The notes below the pieces were generated by a model. The model was not told the origin of the DNA, ran no database searches, and saw only the letters and a program-made list of their open reading frames with translations. The translations under genes were made by a program, and so were the position numbers. From contig CBFFRQ010000053.1 of the NCBI GenBank assembly GCA_965644315.1, forward strand, positions 62,001 to 126,000: a DNA stretch of 64,000 nt, given 5' to 3'. Numbering within the stretch: the stretch's first letter is position 1; each line of letters opens with the position of its first letter. Shown piece by piece: positions 57,601-64,000 of this stretch. Origin of the DNA: Caecitellus pseudoparvulus (lineage: Eukaryota > Protista > Bigyra: Bicosoecida).

Positions 57601-58885
57601 GGCGGCGAGGGAGCAGGGGCCGTGGCGCCCCACCGTGGCGGACGCTGCCTTGCAAGCCGCCATCGACACCATGTACAGCCTGGCGCAGAACAAGGAGGTG
57701 CAGGACTACGCCCTGCGTGACGGAGTGCAGGAGCGCATGCCGGGGTACAGGGTGCGGCTGGGGTACGGACTGCACTATGGTTGGGCCATCGAGGGCGCCA
57801 TCGGGACGGCGTACAAGATCGACGCGTCGTACTTGAGCCCCCACGTGAACATGGCCGCCCGCTTGGAGGAGGCCACCAAGCAGTTCGGCGTGCCCATCCT
57901 CATGTCAGGCCCCTTCGTCTGCCTGCTGTCGCCGCCCAGCCAGCACCCCCTCACCGCCTACGTGCGCCCTGTAGATGTCGTGCGTGTGAAGGGCTCTGCG
58001 GTTCCCATCGCGCTGTTCACATTCGACTTCTTCGACGCCATCGCGGACGGCATGCTGCCGTGGATCTCCCCAGCAGAGGCCACCTTCCTCACTCAAAAGG
58101 GTCCCCCCAGCCCCTCCTTCATGCCCACCCTGGCGGCGTTTGTGGGGGACCAGGGCAAGCGCCGCTTCACCTTCGGACCCCAGCCTCTCCGCCGCAAGAC
58201 CCTCGTGGACTTCGGAAAAGAGGTCGTGCGGGCGCGGGCGGCGTCCATGGATGCTGCAGGCGTTGGCGTGGAGCAGGTGAGCACCACTGGCCCCAGCAGC
58301 ACCGTGTCCCCCCCCGCGCAATCTCCCGTTGCGCTGGCGAAGTCCCTGCCCGCCTCCAGTGGGAAGAGTGGAGAGGAGGCTGACGAAGCGACCGTCCTGC
58401 ACCCGACTGGTGGCTCGCCCTTCCGCACTGTGTGGATGGCTGCCCTGCGCTGGTATGTTGAGGGCGCGTGGGAGGCATCCGCTCGAGCACTGCTCATTTG
58501 CAAGGCCATGCGCCCAGCAGATGGACCCACCCGCGTGCTCTTGAGCTACATGCACAGACACGGCGTGCGCTACCACATGCACGAAGACGGCAATGCGCAA
58601 CCTGTTCCAGTTCCCGACAGCCAGGCTGGGGCAGAGGCTCACGGGGCGCAGGAAGCGCCCAGCGCAGCTGGTGCCCCGGCGCCAGGAGCCGACTGGGAAA
58701 CCATGCCGGGCAGCTCCAGTACGGTGCACTTAGAGCCACTGCTGGCGGACTTGCCGGAGCACGTGTCATCCACCATTTTGAGGTCACCTCACTGGGAGGC
58801 GCTGGCAGAGAAGTACCGAGCGTGGGTGCCTGGCCTGCACTGCCCAGGTGACTGGGAAGGACACCGAGGACTGATGGAGAAGTGA
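54606..58885 (+). CDS. Adenylyl cyclase fused to a voltage-sensor/ion-channel-like domain with C-terminal TPR-like segment (ciliate/Plasmodium ACalpha type); start uncertain
   Basis: S1-S4 (EDVRVL, ELVLLSVYEEGYFLSFYWICD, RYARLARFLRITR|LLRASR), LVIAPIERMV, FGFADIRNFT, NKNIGDAFL, GLHYGWAIEGAIG, KIDASYLSPHVNMAARLE, terminal PGDWEGHRGLMEK. Confidence 0.9.
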
Positions 58886-59195
58886 TGCTCCGCGTTGCTC
58901 AGAGAACAGGAAAATGCAGGCCTATTGATCGGGCAGAAGGGGGGTATGTCTGTGTACTTGACTTGATCGGGCGTTCCTCTCGCAGATGGCCATGCTTCAC
59001 CTGCCACTCTGCTTTTGGTTACTTTTTGCTAAATTACTTCCACAATACTAATTTTACCTCGCAATCATGACTGTTTGTCACCCGTCTGCCGATTCACGTT
59101 GGTCAGGACAAGCTTTGCTTCCTGCCTGCCTCAGGTTTGGCTTGCTCCTGTGCGGCAAGTGAGAGCAGGTTGGGCCTGCAGGCGGCAGCGAGCCC

Positions 59196-62100
59196 ATGGC
59201 CGCTGGGCAGCCGGAACGGACGGAGCAGGACAACCAACGATGGCTAAAGCACCTACAAGGCACTGTGAAGGCTCTTGCAGCTTGCCGTGGCGAGGAACCT
59301 TTCATCCCACACGCCTCGTCGTTCAACGTTCGTCGAGTGAGTGAGGCGCAAGCCAAGTCGCGCACACTCGGGGTGGAAACCATCGGGAGTCTTCTGGTGC
59401 GCCACAGAGAAGTGATACTCCGGGAAATCTCGAGTCCCATCCCAGTCGGCCGCCGCCATACGCTTCATTGGACCGCGAGGATGGGGAGGGCGCGGCCGGT
59501 AACGGGGAGGGTGCGGAAATCGGTTCCAGCAGCCCACCTGCACTTCCCTCCCCAGCTCAGCAAGGCTTCAGAATCGAAGCAGAGCATGAGCATGAACCAC
59601 AACACCCGGGAACTCCGTCATCGTCCACTGGGCGCAGCTCTCCCTTTGCAATGACTCCCCTGCTGCGCCTGGGTCGAAGCATGGGCGCCTCCTCGGCAAG
59701 TGACGTGTTGGTGGCTGAACTGCAAGCAACAGACGTGCCTGTCACGGCTGACCTGGCCAGCACAGCAGTGAAAGACGCGTTTCCTATCCTGGCTCCTGTG
59801 ACGGCGCGGCGAGAGCGGTCTGGCACATGGGCCACGGAGGGCGACGGGGAGGACGCCATTGAGGTGCGAGACTACCCTGCTCCGCGGGCGTTGGACTTCA
59901 GCAGCGATGCACCCAAGCCGAATCAGGCAGAATCTGAGCAGGGAAGGCTAGCTCAGCAGGCGCTGAGAATGTGCAGGGCAGCGCAAGGCCCGTTGTTCCT
60001 GTTGGAGTGCCTGCAGACTGCTTCTCAGGCCGTGTGCCTGCCACCCGCCGCGGCCAACCCACACCCTTCTCCGTGCCAGCCGGCCTCAGGTGCCCAAGCG
60101 GCCACGCTAGGCACCTACATGTTCATTGCAGCTGCGCCATTCTTGCGCCTGTGCCCGCGCGCCGTTCTGACGGCCCTGGCCGCACACCCCACCGTGCGGC
60201 ACATGTGCCCTGCCTTCGCCCGAGCCTGCCTTCTCCAGGCTTCCGAGCAAGACCTGGCGGCCATCCCCTTCCCAGAGCTGGAAGTGAGTGGTCGCATAGT
60301 GGAGAGGGAGGTGGAGGGCGCGTTGCGGCCTCCCTTGCACCGCGCTGACTCGGCTGCCAGTGCGGGCGGCGGGGAAGGCATTTGGGCAGCTGTGGCCCAG
60401 TCGCCCCCCCCTACACCTGGCCCAAGCGCTGCGCCCAGTCAGAGCTGGGGCATAGGGCATGACCCTGACGTGTCAGAGGAGGCAGAGGTGGCTGCGCGCA
60501 CTGCCGTAGCAGCCCAGTTTCTCGGCGCAGCCCAGCGCGTGGACCCCCTGACCGAGTCACGGCACCTGCACCGCTCTCGCCAGGCCACGGCTGGACTGGT
60601 GAACCGCGAGCGCACACGTGATGCACTGACCGCCCTCATGCGGGGGTACGTCGCTGCCCGCAGTGGCTTCTCCTCCCTGGCCATGCAGCAGTTCGTGCAG
60701 GCCTTCCCAGACAAACTGGCGCAGATCGTGGCAGGCTTGTTGCCTGACAACCATGCATGGTTTGCGGGGGAGATCCTGCGCCTCCTCAGTGCCACGGCTC
60801 CCTGCAGCGTGGACCTCACCAGTGCCGAGACCGCTGCAGCAGCGATAGCCCCCCAGCACAGCGCCAGCAAGCTGGCTCGCCTCTCAGCACGCATGGCTGG
60901 TGGGAACGGGGGAACCCTGCAGCAACAGCCGCAGCTGCGCCAGCAGCGGCAACAGGCTCCTTCTGGAGTTAAGGCTCGCCACACACGCCGCAAGCGCGTG
61001 GCACTGCACGGTGCAGCCCCCCTGGCCCCGGACAGCAAGGGGGGCGAGGGGCCTGAGTCATGGCGCCCAGCGGCGTGCTTCTGGCTGGGGAAGGCATCCG
61101 AAGAACAGGGGGGAAGGCCCCAGCCGGGTATGGTGCGCTTCTTTCAGGCGGTGGCGGCAGAAGTGGCCAGGACGCCCCTGGGGCCACACTTGCGGGCTGG
61201 CCTGGTGGGAGGCCTCATGGTGGCGTCCACCGTGGGGCGGCGGCTGGACCAAGCACTGCAGCGTGAGGCAGGCAGTGGTCCATGGGCGTGGACAGAAGGC
61301 ACAGCTCGCGCTCTTGGAGATGCCTGTGCTGCTGACGCCTTGCTGCAGGGAGTGCACTCAGTGCTGGGCGCGGCAGCGGTCATGCGCGCTGCTGGGGCGG
61401 TGCTGGGCGCACTGCAAAGTGTGCACGTGGTGCAGCACTGCCGCGCCGGCCCCCTTGCCTGCTCAGCCCTACCTGCCGCCTCAACTGCTCTGGCACAGGG
61501 CGCGGAGTCGGGGTCCTTGTGTTTGGTTGTGCCAGCTGTCGTGGCATGCGCCGACGCCGTGCTGAGCACTGCCAGCCTGGCATCAGGCCCGGTGCAGCAG
61601 GCCGTGTTCCGAGACCCAGGGTGGGGTGTTCTGGCTCAAGTGCACGCAGGGGTGGCGCAGCGCATCGCAGACACGCAGCGGTTTGCCTGTACCCGTGCAC
61701 ACCTGCAAGTGTGGCTTGAGACTGCAGCCTGCGCCCAGCACGTCACGGAGAGCCTTGGTCTTGTGGGGCGGGAGGCGCGCGGCGCCCCACTGGCGGGTCT
61801 TGATGGCACAGCGGCTTGCCTCGGTTTCACAGGGTGTCAGGCTGCCTGCCCTGCCCTGGCCACTCTCCTCACCGGCCTGACGCACTTGCCCATGCGCAGG
61901 GGTGACGAAGACGGCAAGTCGGCACCCTCCCCGACCCCCTCCTCTGCAGATGGCCAGTTCAGTCCAAGGAAGGGCCGCCGCCAGCGCCTGACCACTGTGC
62001 TTGTATCTGTGCCGGAGAGTCCCAAGTCTGCTGCCCAGGGAGCGGCTCAGGCGCCGCCAGCGGCAGCCGTGTCAGCGCCCCCGCAACCGGCAGCAGCAGA

Positions 62101-62737
62101 GCCGGCCGCGCCCTCTGCCCTGCAATCTGCAGCCTTCCAAGGAGCACTTTTGCACGGATACCTGCACCGCCACCCCCACACCAGTGCACTGGCAGACGCT
62201 ATGGGCCCAGCTGTTGCAGAGGCGGTGTTGGAGAGCCTGCTGCCCAGCGTCGTTGGCGCTGCCGTCCGCTCCGCAACTCGAGCCTTCCACCAAGCCATGG
62301 CCAAGCGCACAGCGGAAGCAGGGGGGGCGCTGCTGGACAAGGACAGTGTAGAGGCTGCATGGCAAGTGGTCGCAGTGCGCGCTCAGGCGGCAGCGCGGGA
62401 GAAGGCGGCAACCCTCGGTGCGCCTTTGGTGCAAGCGGCGGTGAGCGCCGCGGTGAGCACTGCCTTGCTGCCGCAGGACTGTGTTGGACGGGGCCCAGGG
62501 GATGCGGGCACGTCACGGAAGGACTGGCTGATGGCGTGTGCCTCAGCGCTGGCGAGCGACATCCCCGACGAGAGGTCCACGGCAGCCCTCGTGGCAGGCG
62601 ATGTCGCTGCCCATCTGGCCCTGCCCAAGTTGGATGCGGCGGCCAAGCAGCTCGCACCCGTCCACGTCGCAAGGGCCATGGCAGCGGTGCAGGGCACATC
62701 CACTCGCACCTACTGGAAGGCACAGGGACCAGATTGA
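59196..62737 (+). CDS. Codanin-1-like protein
   Basis: Intron 59337-59407. Motifs NRERTRDALTALMR, NHAWFAGEIL and KLARLSARM resemble, from memory, the conserved codanin-1 blocks; otherwise divergent. Confidence 0.55.
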
Positions 62738-63172
62738 GGCAAAGGTGGAGTATGTGAGTATGTGATGCCGCGCTGCGTGACTCACGGCTGCGGCTTCGCC
62801 TCGGCGCGCGTGGTCTTTCCGGGCTCCTTTGCGAGGGCCCGGTCGCCGTGCAGCTGAGACCTGTCGGACGACACTGGCATGCGAATTAATGCTACACCCA
62901 TACGCGTTGCCAGGCTCGCTGCGGGGCTTGCAAGCTGGACCTGTATAACTCCACCCAAGTGCACTGCAGCAGAGTTGGCGTGTTGGGCAAAGCCCGCTGA
63001 CACCCCCCCTTCACCCCCGCAGGCCGGGGGGGCGCACTTGCCACGTCAGTTCACTTTACCCACTTACCCACACACCGGTTCCCTCCACACCCTTGCCTCT
63101 GCATCCCGGCACGCTCCCTGAGGGTGTGCTTCCTCCTGCACGCAGTCCCGCTGACCACCACGCCCGTGCAAC

Positions 63173-64000
63173 ATGGCTGACGAAGCCCCCACCATCTTCA
63201 CGCGCTACACGCGCATTGTGACTGTGGTTGTGCACCACTGCTCCGACCTGAAGAATGCAGCTCTGATGGGTACGTGTCGTGGTGCTATGCAGTGCGAGAG
63301 CTGCCGTGGCAGGCCTGCCTCGCTTTTGTGGTTGCCGTGCCCTTGGGCCCTTCGTCCTCTCGCGCCACTTCCGTGCATGTGAGCTATACCACGCGGCTTT
63401 GTGCAGGCACAAGTGACCCCTATGTCATGGTTGACTTCCCCGATGCCAAGGCTGTGCATGGCGGCAACACGTGCGTAGGAAGTGCATGTGATGGGCTGAC
63501 ACAGCACGTACTGGAGCGCAACCCTTCCACCCTCCTTTTCTGCAGCGATTCTGACGTCGACGGCCGCACTACTGTTGTGGACGACAACCTCAGCCCAAAG
63601 GTGACAATCTTGCGCCCGCCAGTCTTGCGTCTGCCGCTGCACCGAGCGATTCCCCACCCGCGGCCCCACAGTTCAACGAGCAATTCGTGTTCTTCGTGGA
63701 CTCCACTGCGACCAAGTTCCGCCTGCGCGCCTTCGACAAGTGTGTGGGCATGGATGCCAATCTGGGCTCTACCCAGGTGCTCCTGAACGAGGAGGAGGCG
63801 AACTTCGTCACTGCGCCGCTGGGTGGGCAGGGCACCATAACGTACTCCTTCACGCAAGTGAACGTGGCTGACCTGCGCGCTCTGGCCAGGATGGACGACC
63901 AGGCGGGAATGGCGGACCAGCTGGCGGTGGAGAAGGAGGCCCTGCAGGGGGAGGTTGCCACCCTTCAGGCGGAGGTTGCTGCCCTGCAGGGCACTGTGGC
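63173..64000 (+). CDS. C2-domain plus coiled-coil protein, partial
   Basis: Spliced: VVVHHCSDLK..G|TSDPYV..RTTVVDDNLSPK|FNEQFVF..RLRAFDK..LGS, then heptad repeats EALQGEVATLQAEVAALQG running off the window. Confidence 0.85.

Noticed and set aside
1-64000. CRISPR arrays, transposons, virophage/Polinton insertions, rRNA or tRNA genes
   Set aside because: No repeat-spacer array, transposase, integrase or capsid ORF, terminal repeats, large AT-rich island or cloverleaf was seen by eye. A covariance-model scan was not possible.
5769-64000. Non-canonical introns, recoded stops or alternative genetic code
   Set aside because: Every gene I reconstructed is explained by GT-AG introns and the standard code; apparent in-frame stops fall inside introns.

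Overview
GC-rich, very gene-dense eukaryotic nuclear DNA. About 24 protein-coding genes can be reconstructed, most with short GT-AG introns (donors GTGCGT/GTGAG/GTACG, acceptors mostly CAG) concentrated near 5' ends. Gene content (intron-containing mitochondrial-type RecA, voltage-sensor-fused adenylyl cyclase, inverted-domain membrane cyclase) suggests a heterotrophic protist, probably a SAR/stramenopile flagellate; this is inference only. Left to right: degenerate inositol 5-phosphatase-like protein (partial), RecA, chalcone-isomerase-fold protein, DPAGT1/ALG7, CTU1, SLC12A9-like transporter, GIGYF, EHD, peroxisomal acyl-CoA oxidase, hypothetical membrane protein, PIG-F, YME1/FtsH, signal-anchored helical protein, LRR protein, PH-coiled-coil-TPR protein, two-domain membrane nucleotidyl cyclase, 2-TM Cys-rich protein, Kv channel, small PH protein, EF-hand protein, CapZ-beta, RRN3, V-ATPase d, Nu-class GST, voltage-sensor adenylyl cyclase, codanin-1-like protein and a partial C2 protein. 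No rRNA, tRNA, CRISPR array or mobile element was recognised. Most notable observations: (1) a strand-specific AATGCA (variants AATTCA/AATACA) shortly after most stop codons, a candidate lineage-specific polyadenylation signal; (2) convergent genes that abut or overlap; (3) several membrane-signalling proteins with altered signature motifs.
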